Assembly: GCA_965601925.1 (NCBI GenBank)
Contig: OZ271854.1
Location: forward strand, 64,001 to 128,000
DNA: 64,000 nucleotides
Source: Alkalispirochaeta sp.
GTDB taxonomy: Bacteria > Spirochaetota > Spirochaetia > DSM-27196 > Alkalispirochaetaceae
Direction: 5' to 3'
Under the pieces are notes generated by a model. The model saw only the letters and a program-made list of their open reading frames with translations, made no database searches and was not told where the DNA came from. The translations under genes and the position numbers were made by a program. This document shows positions 9,171 to 19,182 of the stretch, in pieces (position 1 is the first letter of the stretch; the number at the start of each line of letters is the position of its first letter).

Positions 9171-10089
9171 TGCGGTCGTAGCCGTCGATATCGGCGGCAC
9201 CAAGACGGTCGTGGGACGTTCCGTCGGTGACGCGATAGAACCGACGCACCGCTTTCCCACATCACAGGATCCGATCGAGGCGGCGGAGAACGTCGTCCGC
9301 GCCGCCGAACGCCTCATGACCGAGGACGCCGGTTTTCATCCCCGCTCCGTAGGCATCGGATGCCCCGGCCCTCTCGACCCGGTGAGCGGTACGATCCTGG
9401 AGCCCCCCAACCTGAAGCCGTGGAGGAACTTCGAACTCGCCGACTACATCGGCACGCGTATCGGTCTTCCGGTACGGATCGAGAACGATGCGAGTGTCGG
9501 CGCCCTCGGAGAGGCCCATTTCGGAGGCGGTCGCGGCCACGGATCGCTCTACTACGTGACCCTATCGACCGGCATCGGCGCCGGCTACGTCGTCGACGGT
9601 CGCATTGCCGGGGGATTGCGCGGTATGGCGGGAGAGGTATGGGCCTTTGATCCCGGAACGTTCTCGGGACGCCCGACCGGGGATACGATCATCGAACTCG
9701 CCTCCGGCCCCGGACTGCTACGCTCCTTTGAACGCCGTCTGGCGGCCGGCGGACGGAGCAGCCTGGAGCGGGATAACCTGGACACTCCCTCGCTTCTCGC
9801 CGCCGCCGACGAGGGAGACGAACTCGCACTCGAGACGGTCGAAGCTGGGCGCAACGCAATCGCCGCGCTCCTCACCGCGGTGATACTCGCCGTTGCGCCT
9901 GAGGTCGTCGTCCTCGCCGGCGGCCTGTGTACCGAGAGCCGCTGGTTCGTCGACCCGATCCGCGAGCGTATTCGCAGCTGGATATCGATCCCCGCCCTCG
10001 CCGACGTACCGGTACGACGCGCGGAGTTATGGGATCGCGCCGTCCTGGTCGGAGCTGCGGAGCTGGCGCGACAGACGAGCATCGAATGA
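9142..10089 (+). CDS. ROK family sugar kinase
   Basis: VDIGGTK, GIGCPGPLD, IENDA, LSTGIGAG. No HTH. Start uncertain (GTG 9142 or ATA 9154). Confidence 0.9.
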   Translation: MREPISRKDSAVVAVDIGGTKTVVGRSVGDAIEPTHRFPTSQDPIEAAENVVRAAERLMTEDAGFHPRSVGIGCPGPLDPVSGTILEPPNLKPWRNFELADYIGTRIGLPVRIENDASVGALGEAHFGGGRGHGSLYYVTLSTGIGAGYVVDGRIAGGLRGMAGEVWAFDPGTFSGRPTGDTIIELASGPGLLRSFERRLAAGGRSSLERDNLDTPSLLAAADEGDELALETVEAGRNAIAALLTAVILAVAPEVVVLAGGLCTESRWFVDPIRERIRSWISIPALADVPVRRAELWDRAVLVGAAELARQTSIE

Positions 10090-10406
10090 CGCCGCGATCG
10101 ACACGCTACGAGGCGGCCGATAAGGAGATCACCGACACGGGGATCGCGGTGCGGAGCGAAACGGTGAGCGGATGTGGCGACGTCACCGGAAGCGAGGGTC
10201 GACCGTTCCAACGCGCGCCGTCCGTACCGCACCGAAGTTCCGTGGCGGGCATGGTAGCGGCCGCGGCACGTGTATCGTCGAACCGACGATCGAGATCGGA
10301 TTCGGCGGTCGCACGGTGCGGCAAACGAACGTGATCGCGCCCGTCGAACGAAGGTGGGAGGGCGGCCCATTTTGACACCGCCGAAATCGGGTGTAGAGTT
10401 ACCACC

Positions 10407-11207
10407 ATGGAATCAGGAACCTTTACCGGCAGCGAGGGGACGGTCTTCTACCGGCGCTGGCGACCCGATGGGGAGACTCGGTGCATCGTTGTTATCGTCC
10501 ACGGGTATGCCGAACACGGTGGGCGCTACGCCCATGTCGCGGAACGGCTCAACACGGCGGGTTCGGTGGTCTACGCGCCGGACCACATCGGCCACGGCAA
10601 GAGTGACGGCGAGCGCGCTTTGATTACCGACTTCGAGCACGTCGTGGACGACCTTCGCTCACTGGTGGTGCTCGCGCGGGAGGAGAACGGCGGTAAGCCG
10701 GTCATCATGATCGGACACTCGATGGGCGGCTTGCTCACGGCGCGGTATGCCGAACGATTTCCCGATTCTCTGACGGCGATCGGCTTTCTCGGGGCGGTCT
10801 TGGGCGACTGGAACTGGGCGCGGGAGGTCCTGGCACTTCCTGAGCTTCCGGAAGAGTCGAGTGACCCGGCGGGCATGTCGCGAGATCCGGAAACGATCCG
10901 CTCCTACGCCGAGGATCCGCTTGTGTACCACGGAGGCTACAAACGCCCCCTCCTGGAGGCGGAGGTTGCAGCCCTCGACCGTTTCAACGAGGAGATCGGC
11001 GCCCTTACGATGCCGGTACTCTTTCTACACGGCGGGGCGGATCCTTTTGTGCCCGCCGAGACGACGGCCGAGGCGGTGAGGCGAATGCCGGCCGAAAAGA
11101 AGGTGACGAACATCTATCCCGAGGCGCGACACGAGCTGGTGAACGAGTTGAACCGGGAAGAGGTGCTCGCGGAGATTTTGCGCTTCGTCCGAGAGGTAGT
11201 ACGTTAG
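10407..11207 (+). CDS. Alpha/beta hydrolase (lysophospholipase/monoacylglycerol lipase-like)
   Basis: HGYAEH, DHIGHGKS, GHSMGG nucleophile elbow, HGGADP, RHEL. Confidence 0.92.
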   Translation: MESGTFTGSEGTVFYRRWRPDGETRCIVVIVHGYAEHGGRYAHVAERLNTAGSVVYAPDHIGHGKSDGERALITDFEHVVDDLRSLVVLAREENGGKPVIMIGHSMGGLLTARYAERFPDSLTAIGFLGAVLGDWNWAREVLALPELPEESSDPAGMSRDPETIRSYAEDPLVYHGGYKRPLLEAEVAALDRFNEEIGALTMPVLFLHGGADPFVPAETTAEAVRRMPAEKKVTNIYPEARHELVNELNREEVLAEILRFVREVVR

Positions 11208-11459
11208 CGACGCGTCGGTCTAGGGGACATCGACGCCGGAACCAGGAACAACAGCCGCTGCCCGATGCCGTTGGTTGGGACGTATCGAAGAGCGTAGCCG
11301 TATCGTAGTCGGCGATCTCGCCATCGATCTCGTCCCGTACCTCCGAGGAAGGGTCGCACCGTCGATCATCGATGCAAACATCGTACGATCCCGATCGATT
11401 GCCCGATGAGGTCCCAATCGACTACTCGACGAAGTAGTATTTGGCACTCATAAAAGCGT

Positions 11460-11488
11460 TTGCATATAGATGTCGATGCACGTATCAT
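11460..11488 (+). promoter_or_regulatory. padR promoter with putative PadR box
   Basis: TTGCAT, 17 bp, TATCAT. The 20-mer at 11466-11485 matches 12162-12181 in reverse complement at 17/20. Confidence 0.7.
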
Positions 11489-11519
11489 GGCGGAATAGGT
11501 CCGAAAAAAGGAGGGGAGC

Positions 11520-12074
11520 ATGTCGTTGCCGCATTTCATCTTAGGTGCGTTGGCCGATCGTCCGATGACCGGGTACGACCTCAACAAGTCGTTCCAGAAC
11601 TCAATCAACCACTTCTGGTCTACCGATCAGAGTCAGATCTATCGCACCTTACAGAAGCTCAAACGAGAAGGACTCGTCAGGGATGAGCAGGTCGTACAGG
11701 AGGACTACCCCAACAAAAAGCTCTATCACCTCACCGCTACCGGTGAGGCGGAGCTACGGAAGTGGCTGGAGACACCGCTCGATGACCAAGAGGCGCCGGT
11801 GCGCCAGGGATGGCTCGGCCAGTTATTCTTCGGTAACCACGTCGAGCCGTCCCGGACGATCGAGGTGATGCAAGCGTATCTCCAAGAAGAGGAGGAGACG
11901 ATCGAGCACCTCATATCGATTCGGGACGACGTCTTCGGCGAGATGGAGAGCGGGCCGAGCGATCGACGCACGACGCTACGCCTTGCGACGCTCGAGTACG
12001 GCATCGCCATCAGTCGGGCGGGAGCGGCGTGGTTGCATCGGCTCATACAAACGCTTGAGGGCCGGGAGGCGTAG
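11520..12074 (+). CDS. PadR family transcriptional regulator (AphA-like, with C-terminal domain)
   Basis: ILGALADRPMTGYDL, HFWSTDQSQIY, KKLYHLT. GGAG RBS. Confidence 0.93.
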   Translation: MSLPHFILGALADRPMTGYDLNKSFQNSINHFWSTDQSQIYRTLQKLKREGLVRDEQVVQEDYPNKKLYHLTATGEAELRKWLETPLDDQEAPVRQGWLGQLFFGNHVEPSRTIEVMQAYLQEEEETIEHLISIRDDVFGEMESGPSDRRTTLRLATLEYGIAISRAGAAWLHRLIQTLEGREA

Positions 12075-12155
12075 AGGCGTTTATCCCGCCACGGAGCGAC
12101 TAGACCCCCAAAGAGCCGTAGCGAACGATTGATATCCATAGCCTACTACATGCTA

Positions 12156-12184
12156 TTGCATATAAGTGCATCAACATATATTAT
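12156..12184 (+). promoter_or_regulatory. Serine hydrolase promoter with second putative PadR box
   Basis: TTGCAT (12156-12161), 17 bp, TATTAT (12179-12184). Box at 12162-12181. Confidence 0.7.
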
Positions 12185-12332
12185 GCGGTATCACGTATTA
12201 ACCACCGGGGCCCGCGGTTCATGACCGCCATCGATCGATGAGGCACGCAATTCGGCCACGCGACGATAGGTAATGCCGTCGATCGCGGAAGAGATGCGAC
12301 AAAGCGACGACCCCGAATCGAAGAGGTAACCT

Positions 12333-13544
12333 ATGATCATTCGCCGTATAGTACGCGTCACCCTATGGGTAGGAGCCGGTCTCGGACTCATTGTCCTTGG
12401 GGCATTCATATGGCTGCGGACCAGTCCTCACTGGGCCGGAGTCACGCTCTTTGCCGAACGCTATCGGGTCGAGAACTTTCGGAACTTGGACGCTGTGTTT
12501 CCCTACTCCTGCACCGTCGCCGAGAGTGACGATACGTGGGAGTTCGGGACGAGTCCGAGATCGCTACCGGTCGGGTACGCCTACGGCGGAAGCGAGCACA
12601 ACGTAGCCGATTTTCTCGATCGCACGGTAACGACGGGTCTTCTGGTCGTGCATCGCGGCGACATCGTACATGAGGAGTACCGGCTGGGAGCCGAGGAGAC
12701 ATCTCCGTTCACCTCGTGGTCGGTCGCGAAATCGGTACTCTCCGCGCTGATCGGCATCGCGATCGAAGAGGGTCACATCGACAACGTCCGCGATCCGATC
12801 GACCGTTACGTGCCCGCACTCGTCGGCTCCGGTTACGAACACGTACCGATAGAGGATGCTCTGACCATGTCCTCGGGCGTAGCATTCGACGAGGATTACG
12901 AGAACCCGATGTCGGACATCAACATGCTGTTCGTCCGTGCCTTGGCCATGGACACGACGATCGTGGAGATCCTATCCGAGTTGGAGAGCGTCCGCGAACC
13001 GGGTACCTACAACGAGTACATCAGTTCCGACACCTTGGTGCTGGGCCTCGTATTGGAAAACGCCACCGGTATGTCGGTAGGAGAGTATCTCGAGACGCGA
13101 CTGTGGCGACCGATGGGAGCCGAGGCGGATGCCTTCTGGAGCACCGACAGTGAGGGTAGCGCGTTCGGGACGTGCTGCCTCAACGCGACGTTGCGCGACT
13201 ACGCGCGCTTCGGGCGACTCTATCTGGAGGGCGGCGCGCGGGACGGGGTGCAGATCGTTCCCGCCGCTTGGGTCGCGTCATCGGTCAATCCTACGGCGCC
13301 GCATCTGTTGCCGGGGGACAATCCGGACTCGTTCTGGACCTTCGGCTACGGCTATCAGTGGTGGATCCCGGAAGATCCGCACGGGGATTTTCTTGCGATC
13401 GGCATCTGGGGGCAGTACATTTACGTGGACCCGACGCGCGAGGTGCTTATCGTCAAGACCAGTGCAGATCCGCTGTTCGACGACCGCGACCACGAAACGG
13501 TAGCCGCGTTCCGTTCCATCGCCCGCTCGATTACCGGCGGATAA
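12333..13544 (+). CDS. Serine hydrolase, beta-lactamase class C/NylB-like, N-terminal membrane anchor
   Basis: SWSVAKS (SxxK), LTMSSG, RDYARFG, YGYQWW, GIWGQYIY. Confidence 0.9.
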   Translation: MIIRRIVRVTLWVGAGLGLIVLGAFIWLRTSPHWAGVTLFAERYRVENFRNLDAVFPYSCTVAESDDTWEFGTSPRSLPVGYAYGGSEHNVADFLDRTVTTGLLVVHRGDIVHEEYRLGAEETSPFTSWSVAKSVLSALIGIAIEEGHIDNVRDPIDRYVPALVGSGYEHVPIEDALTMSSGVAFDEDYENPMSDINMLFVRALAMDTTIVEILSELESVREPGTYNEYISSDTLVLGLVLENATGMSVGEYLETRLWRPMGAEADAFWSTDSEGSAFGTCCLNATLRDYARFGRLYLEGGARDGVQIVPAAWVASSVNPTAPHLLPGDNPDSFWTFGYGYQWWIPEDPHGDFLAIGIWGQYIYVDPTREVLIVKTSADPLFDDRDHETVAAFRSIARSITGG

Positions 13545-13661
13545 GGGTCCGAAACGGCGGGCCGACGGCGCAGAGGGCGAATCCACACGCCGCCGATTCG
13601 CCCCCGACGGCGAGTACGCGCCGCGCTTGCGTCCCGTCGGGAGTGGCTCTACAATCCTCTC

Positions 13662-15461
13662 GTGCGCGACAAGCGGCCTCGGACCTCGTTGAAATCTCAA
13701 CTGATGTTGGCGCTCGGCCTCTCGGCGTTCGTTCCGTTCCTCGCCTTGAGCATCTTCAACTTCACCGTCTCGCGGAGGGCGCGCGAAGTGACGCTGGTCC
13801 GTTCGCAACTGCACTCCGCCGAGAGCTTGGCGGCAGAGATCGACAATCGCGTATCCCTCGCCGAACGGCTTTCGGCACGCATCGCCTTTCACGACGACTT
13901 GTCGCTCCTATTGAATCGTCGACGTGAGGAAGCGATGCAATTCGACGAGACGACGATGCGCTTTCTCGATTATATCGAGGGGCAGTACACCCACGATCCG
14001 GTTACGGAACATCTCCTCGGCATGTTGATTCTCGGCCGCAACGGATTGGATCTGCGCACCGGGGAGGGGTTTCTCCTCGACCGAGGGGCCGTGACCGAGA
14101 AGCGATGGTACCGCGAGCGCCTCGACCCGTTCGGCGCACCGACGTGGGGGCGGGTACAATCGACCGGTTCGCACCGAACGTCGCAGGCACAGATGATCCC
14201 TATGGTGCGGGTCGTACGCGACCTCGATACGGGAGTGCGCGTCGGGCGCATCATTCTACTCTTCGCTCCTTCGCTCCTGTCCGATTCTCTCGAACGGTAC
14301 GCTCATACCGTGTCGGACGTGTGGGTCTATACGTCGCAAGACGAGGTCGTACTCGCGACCGGCCGAGAGGTCGCACCGGAGAGCGCGCGATTCGCCCCTC
14401 TCCCCGACGCAACTGAAGGGGGACGCTACGCCGTCGAGCGTACCGAAGGAGAGACGATCGTCTTTACCTCGGCGACCTCACCGCAGACGGGGTGGCGCCT
14501 GGTCATCTCAACGCCCGGCGACACGCTGCGCACCGAGCGCCTCGCGGTTCTCGTCACGACCGGGGCGCTCATCGCGTCGGCGGTGGTCCTCAGCGCGCTC
14601 CTCTCGGCGGTGCTTTCCGCCGGGCTTACCAAACCGATGCGGGAGCTCACGATGGGCGTCCAACGATTTGCGGCGGGCAATCTCGACGAGCCGGTGGCGC
14701 TGCCGGCCCACAGCGAGCTACGCGGCCTCGCGGCGACCATTAACGCAATGAGCCGCGAGATTCGCGATCTTATCGAGCAGAACCGGAAGCGTGAGCGCGA
14801 GGGGCGGCGCCTGGAGCTCGACGTACTGCGCAATCAGATCAACCCCCACTTCGTCTACAATACGCTCAACACGATTCGCTGGATGGCGGTGCTCCACGGC
14901 TCGCCCGGGATCGAGACGATGGTTACCTCCTTCGGCAGGCTCCTCAAAAGCGTCTATCAACACGACAGCGAGGTGGTACCGTTGGCCGAGGAGCTCCGTC
15001 TCGCCGAGGATTACATGCACATCCTCAGAATCCGGTACCGCGGGAAGGTGAGCTACTCCGTGACGGTCGACGAGTCGTTGGCACGGCGCGCCGGCGTGGT
15101 GAAGTTCGTCCTGCAGCCGCTCATTGAGAACGCCGTCTTTCACGGAATCGAACCGAAGGCGGGCGCGGGAGCGATTCGAGTAGAGGGCGAGGAGGCCGAC
15201 GACGCGCTCGTCCTGCGCGTGACCGACGACGGTGTGGGGATCGACGACGAGCGCCTGGCCACCGTCCTGTCGGACGCCGAAGGAGAGGAAGAGCCGTCGC
15301 ACCATCGCGGATTTCAACACGTCGGATTGCGCAACGTTCACCGCCGCGTGCGCCTGTTGTACGGCGACTCCTACGGCGTGCGTGTGGCGAGCGTCCCGGG
15401 ACGTGGAACGGTGGTGACGGTCCGCATGCCGATTCTGTCGGTGGAGCCGAGCAATGTATGA
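13662..15461 (+). CDS. Sensor histidine kinase, YesM/LytS type
   Basis: Two TM segments, HAMP domain, QINPHFVYNTL, LQPLIENAVFHG, DDGVG, GLRNV. Confidence 0.95.
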   Translation: MRDKRPRTSLKSQLMLALGLSAFVPFLALSIFNFTVSRRAREVTLVRSQLHSAESLAAEIDNRVSLAERLSARIAFHDDLSLLLNRRREEAMQFDETTMRFLDYIEGQYTHDPVTEHLLGMLILGRNGLDLRTGEGFLLDRGAVTEKRWYRERLDPFGAPTWGRVQSTGSHRTSQAQMIPMVRVVRDLDTGVRVGRIILLFAPSLLSDSLERYAHTVSDVWVYTSQDEVVLATGREVAPESARFAPLPDATEGGRYAVERTEGETIVFTSATSPQTGWRLVISTPGDTLRTERLAVLVTTGALIASAVVLSALLSAVLSAGLTKPMRELTMGVQRFAAGNLDEPVALPAHSELRGLAATINAMSREIRDLIEQNRKREREGRRLELDVLRNQINPHFVYNTLNTIRWMAVLHGSPGIETMVTSFGRLLKSVYQHDSEVVPLAEELRLAEDYMHILRIRYRGKVSYSVTVDESLARRAGVVKFVLQPLIENAVFHGIEPKAGAGAIRVEGEEADDALVLRVTDDGVGIDDERLATVLSDAEGEEEPSHHRGFQHVGLRNVHRRVRLLYGDSYGVRVASVPGRGTVVTVRMPILSVEPSNV

Positions 15462-16731
15462 CGTCATCGTCGTCGACGACGAGGCGGTGGTGCGTGTGGG
15501 CCTTCGGGCGATCGTCGACTGGGAGTCGTACGGTTTCAGGCTCCGCGGGGAGTTTGCCGACGGAAGGGCCGCCCTCGAGTTCCTCAAAGGCGCGACGATC
15601 GACCTGGTCATTACCGATATTCGTATGCCCGTCGGGGACGGACTGTTCCTCCTGGACAAGCTGCGCCGTCTGCCGCACCCCCCGCTGTCGGTCGTGCTCA
15701 GCGGCCACGATGATTTCGATCTCGTACGCCGAGCCCTCCTCCTCGGCGCGGAGGATTACCTTCTGAAAATCGATACCAAGGCGGAGGACTTGGGAAGAAT
15801 CCTCCGGGAAATGGGACGTCGCCTCGATGAGCGTCGGGGCACACTCCGTAGGGACGGGACGACGACGCCCGCCGCCTCGATACAGAGTGTCGCCGGAACC
15901 GGCCGCGACCGGGTGCGCGATCTGATCGACGACGGCGCCGCGAGTGAGGAGGCGCTGCGCGAAGCCCTCGCAGCCGGCGGCCTCACCCTCCGGCAATCCA
16001 CCGTTACGTGTATCGTGATCGCCTATCGTCTCGGGGAGTCGACCACCACCGCCCTCCCCGACGCTCGAGGCGTGAACGACGAGTCGGTATGCGCTACCGT
16101 GGAGGAGGTCGTCCGCCACCGCGTGTCGGGGCTGTGTATCGGCGGGAAGACGGGTGAGTGCCTTATCCTGGTCGACGGTGAACGTGAGGTGGAGTCGACG
16201 ACGGACGTCATCTCCGAGCTCCTCTTGGCGTATCTCAACCTCTCGGTCTCGATCACCGTCGGTGTCGGTGATGCGACGCTCGACGGCATACGCGCGGCCT
16301 ACGCCGACGCCTCTCGATCGCGGCGACCGGTCGAGCCATCCGGAGGATCCCTTCCGGACGACGGTAATCTCCACACCGACCGGCTCCGCCGCCGTGTCGT
16401 CGGCGAGGCGGAGCGCTACATAGCGCAGAACTTTCATCGCGACATATCGCTCACCGAGGTTGCGGAATCGGTCGATCTGAGCCCCGCCTACTTCAGCACG
16501 CTCTTTCACCGCCATACCGGATCGACCTTCCTGACCTACCTGGCCGGGGTACGTATCGAGCACGCGAAGCGGTTGCTGGTCGAGACGCACGCCAAGATAT
16601 ACGAGATAGCCGAACGATCGGGGTTTCGCAGTAGCCAGTACTTCAGCCGAATCTTTCGCCGGGCGACGGGGCTCTCTCCCGGGCGGTTCCGGGACGCCGC
16701 CCCGCTCCAATCGAAAGAACGTACACAATAA
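15454..16731 (+). CDS. Response regulator with AraC HTH (YesN type)
   Basis: VVDDE, ITDIRMP receiver domain. C-terminal SPAYFSTLF...GFRSSQYFSRIFRR. Confidence 0.95.
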   Translation: MYDVIVVDDEAVVRVGLRAIVDWESYGFRLRGEFADGRAALEFLKGATIDLVITDIRMPVGDGLFLLDKLRRLPHPPLSVVLSGHDDFDLVRRALLLGAEDYLLKIDTKAEDLGRILREMGRRLDERRGTLRRDGTTTPAASIQSVAGTGRDRVRDLIDDGAASEEALREALAAGGLTLRQSTVTCIVIAYRLGESTTTALPDARGVNDESVCATVEEVVRHRVSGLCIGGKTGECLILVDGEREVESTTDVISELLLAYLNLSVSITVGVGDATLDGIRAAYADASRSRRPVEPSGGSLPDDGNLHTDRLRRRVVGEAERYIAQNFHRDISLTEVAESVDLSPAYFSTLFHRHTGSTFLTYLAGVRIEHAKRLLVETHAKIYEIAERSGFRSSQYFSRIFRRATGLSPGRFRDAAPLQSKERTQ

Positions 16732-16866
16732 GCAAAACTCGCACACCCTTTGTGTCCTGCGCCGGCCGCTCGGAGGCCTGTGGTGAACGATTTCGTAACA
16801 ATCTCACATGGCGAGTCCGCACGTCCCGTGGGACAATTTCTCAGCTTATAAAAAAGGGGGATCGGA

Positions 16867-18144
16867 ATGCGAATCATTCGAACCGTAGCCGGCCTTGTCG
16901 GGTTATTGCTTCTTGCCGCCGCGCTCTTTGCCGCGGGCTCACAGGAAAGCGGAAACGAGGGAGGGGATACGACGGTACTGCGCGTCGCCCTATGGGACTA
17001 CGAGTCTCTGGGATACGACAGACAGATCATGGAGCGCTATATGGAGCTCAACCCCGACGTCGAGATCGAGGTGTTCGACAGCACCGCAGCGGACTACGAC
17101 AGCCGTCTGGCGGTTATGCTTACCGGCGGCGAGGAGATTGACGTCTATTACGCCAAGAACATGAACCTCTACGGCGGCGTCATCCGACGGAACCAAGCGC
17201 GTCCTCTCAACGATTTGATCGAACGGGACAATATCGATCTGTCGGGGTACGGCGATCGCATCAATGCGATCAGCGTCGACGGAACGGTATACGGCCTGCC
17301 GTATCGCAGCGACAGCATCGTCCTCTATTACAACAGACGGATCTTCGACGAGGCGGGCGAGCCCTATCCGACGCACGATTGGACGTGGGACGACTTCGAA
17401 CGGACCGCGGCGCGCCTGTCCCGCGGCGAGGGCCAGGATCGCGTGTGGGGTGCGCTCCTCAGGATGCGTCAGAACATGTGGTACACGCCGGCGCTGCAAC
17501 TGGATATGGGTAACCTCCTTACCGGTGACCTGGAGATGATGCGCCCCGCGTTGGAGCTCCAGATGCGCATGACGACCGAGACGCGCTCAGCGATGGATTG
17601 GGCGACGATCAAATCTCAGGGATCGAGCGAGCGCGCCGTCTTCGGTCAGGATAGAACGGCGCTGCACTTCAATGGCACGTGGTTTATTAATCAGCTCATC
17701 GTCGACGAGGGGGCGGGGCGCCACAACGTCGACTGGGATATGGTGCGGCTTCCGACGTGGGTGGGCATGCCGACCGGCACGCGCTCCATCAACACGCCGG
17801 TGGTCATCAATCCGCGGACCGAGAATCTCGAGGCGGCGTGGGATCTCGTTCAGTTCATCGCCGGGCAGGAGGGCGCCAAGATCTTGGCCGAGAACCTCCT
17901 TATCCCGGGATGGCTCGACGACGAGGTATTTGAAGTGTTGACGACCAACCCCGACTTTCCCGCCGGAGGAATCGAAGGGCTTGAGTACGAACGCGCCTAT
18001 CTCGATCTACCGCCCCAAGAGGGTTCGGGTCTCGTCGGCCAGATGATCTACGAGGAGATTTCACTCGTGGCGACGGAGAACAAGGGTATCGACGAGGCGA
18101 TCGCCGACATGGAGCGTCGCCGCGCCGAGATATTGGCACAGTAG
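16867..18144 (+). CDS. Sugar ABC transporter substrate-binding protein
   Basis: Leader ending FAAGSQES; YGLPY, LYYNRRIFD, WTWDDF (CUT1 SBP). Confidence 0.93.
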   Translation: MRIIRTVAGLVGLLLLAAALFAAGSQESGNEGGDTTVLRVALWDYESLGYDRQIMERYMELNPDVEIEVFDSTAADYDSRLAVMLTGGEEIDVYYAKNMNLYGGVIRRNQARPLNDLIERDNIDLSGYGDRINAISVDGTVYGLPYRSDSIVLYYNRRIFDEAGEPYPTHDWTWDDFERTAARLSRGEGQDRVWGALLRMRQNMWYTPALQLDMGNLLTGDLEMMRPALELQMRMTTETRSAMDWATIKSQGSSERAVFGQDRTALHFNGTWFINQLIVDEGAGRHNVDWDMVRLPTWVGMPTGTRSINTPVVINPRTENLEAAWDLVQFIAGQEGAKILAENLLIPGWLDDEVFEVLTTNPDFPAGGIEGLEYERAYLDLPPQEGSGLVGQMIYEEISLVATENKGIDEAIADMERRRAEILAQ

Positions 18145-18180
18145 GACGCATACAAATCGATGCCGACCATCATAGATCGG

Positions 18181-18213
18181 GGGGCGCCGCCTCGGACCGG
18201 CCGAAGGCGCCCC
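18181..18213 (+). terminator. GC-rich stem-loop after the SBP gene (mRNA-stabilising or attenuating)
   Basis: GGGGCGCC...GGCGCCCC inverted repeat between SBP and permease. Confidence 0.5.
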
Positions 18214-18251
18214 TTCACAGCCGAAACTTCGAAAAAGGACGTACCGCACCG

Positions 18252-19175
18252 ATGAGCTCGACCGTCGCGACGATCGACGTCGCTCCCAAACGCGCCCTCG
18301 TCAAGCGCAACCGGCGCATCGCATATCTCTTTCTCCTCCCCAACGCGATCGGCTTCTTGCTCTTCACCTTCGGCCCGGTCGTCTTCGCTCTGGTGCTCAG
18401 TTTCGTATCGTGGGACGGCGCCAACCCGCCCGAGTGGGTGGGTATGCGCAACATTGTGCGTCTGTTCGGCGATACGGGATTTCTTATCTCCTTGCGCAAC
18501 ACGGTGATCTACACCGCGACGGTCGTGCCCGGCACGGTCGCCCTCGCGCTCTTTTTGGCGGTGGTACTCAACAACGGCGTCAGGCGGGGTCTCACCTTCT
18601 TTCGCGCCGTGCACTTCTTTCCCCACATCGCCTCCATCGTCGCCGTGAGCGTCGTGTGGCAATTTCTTTTTCACGCCGAAATTGGACCGATCAACGCCTT
18701 TCTCCGATTTTTGGGCATCGAGAATCCTCCTCGATGGACCGCCTCGACGACATGGGCGCTCCCGTCGGTGATCATCGTCAATATTTGGCGACTCCAGGGG
18801 CGTTACATGGTGATGTACCTGGCGGGACTCCAGACGATTCCCAGCCAGCTTTACGAGGCGGCGACGATCGACGGCGCCGGTGGGTGGCAGAAGTTCCGCT
18901 TCATCACCGTACCGATGCTCAATCCCACGACCTTTTTGGTCGTCGTTATGTGCGTCATCAACTCATTCAAGGTCTTCTCCACGGTATTCATTATGACCGA
19001 AGGGGGACCGGGACGGGCGACCACGGTGCTCGTCTACTCGATATATACCGAAGCGTTCATCAACTACCGCTTCGGATATGCGTCGGCGATATCGATGGTG
19101 CTGTTCGCGATGATCATGGCGGTCACTCTCGTTCAGTTTCGCGCCCAAGAGCGGCACAACCGCTTCGTCGATTGA
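18252..19175 (+). CDS. Sugar ABC permease (MalF-like)
   Basis: EAA loop LYEAATIDGA; TEGGPG. Confidence 0.95.
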   Translation: MSSTVATIDVAPKRALVKRNRRIAYLFLLPNAIGFLLFTFGPVVFALVLSFVSWDGANPPEWVGMRNIVRLFGDTGFLISLRNTVIYTATVVPGTVALALFLAVVLNNGVRRGLTFFRAVHFFPHIASIVAVSVVWQFLFHAEIGPINAFLRFLGIENPPRWTASTTWALPSVIIVNIWRLQGRYMVMYLAGLQTIPSQLYEAATIDGAGGWQKFRFITVPMLNPTTFLVVVMCVINSFKVFSTVFIMTEGGPGRATTVLVYSIYTEAFINYRFGYASAISMVLFAMIMAVTLVQFRAQERHNRFVD

Positions 19176-19182
19176 GCGTGCC

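Noticed and set aside
11220..11400. Protein-like acidic stretch on the minus strand (EVRDEIDGEIADYD)
   Set aside because: Too short, with no convincing start or family motif.
15121..16746. Long antisense ORF (541 aa) and many similar shadow ORFs
   Set aside because: They overlap well-supported genes on the other strand or frame, are Arg/Pro/Ala-rich, and are expected at high GC.
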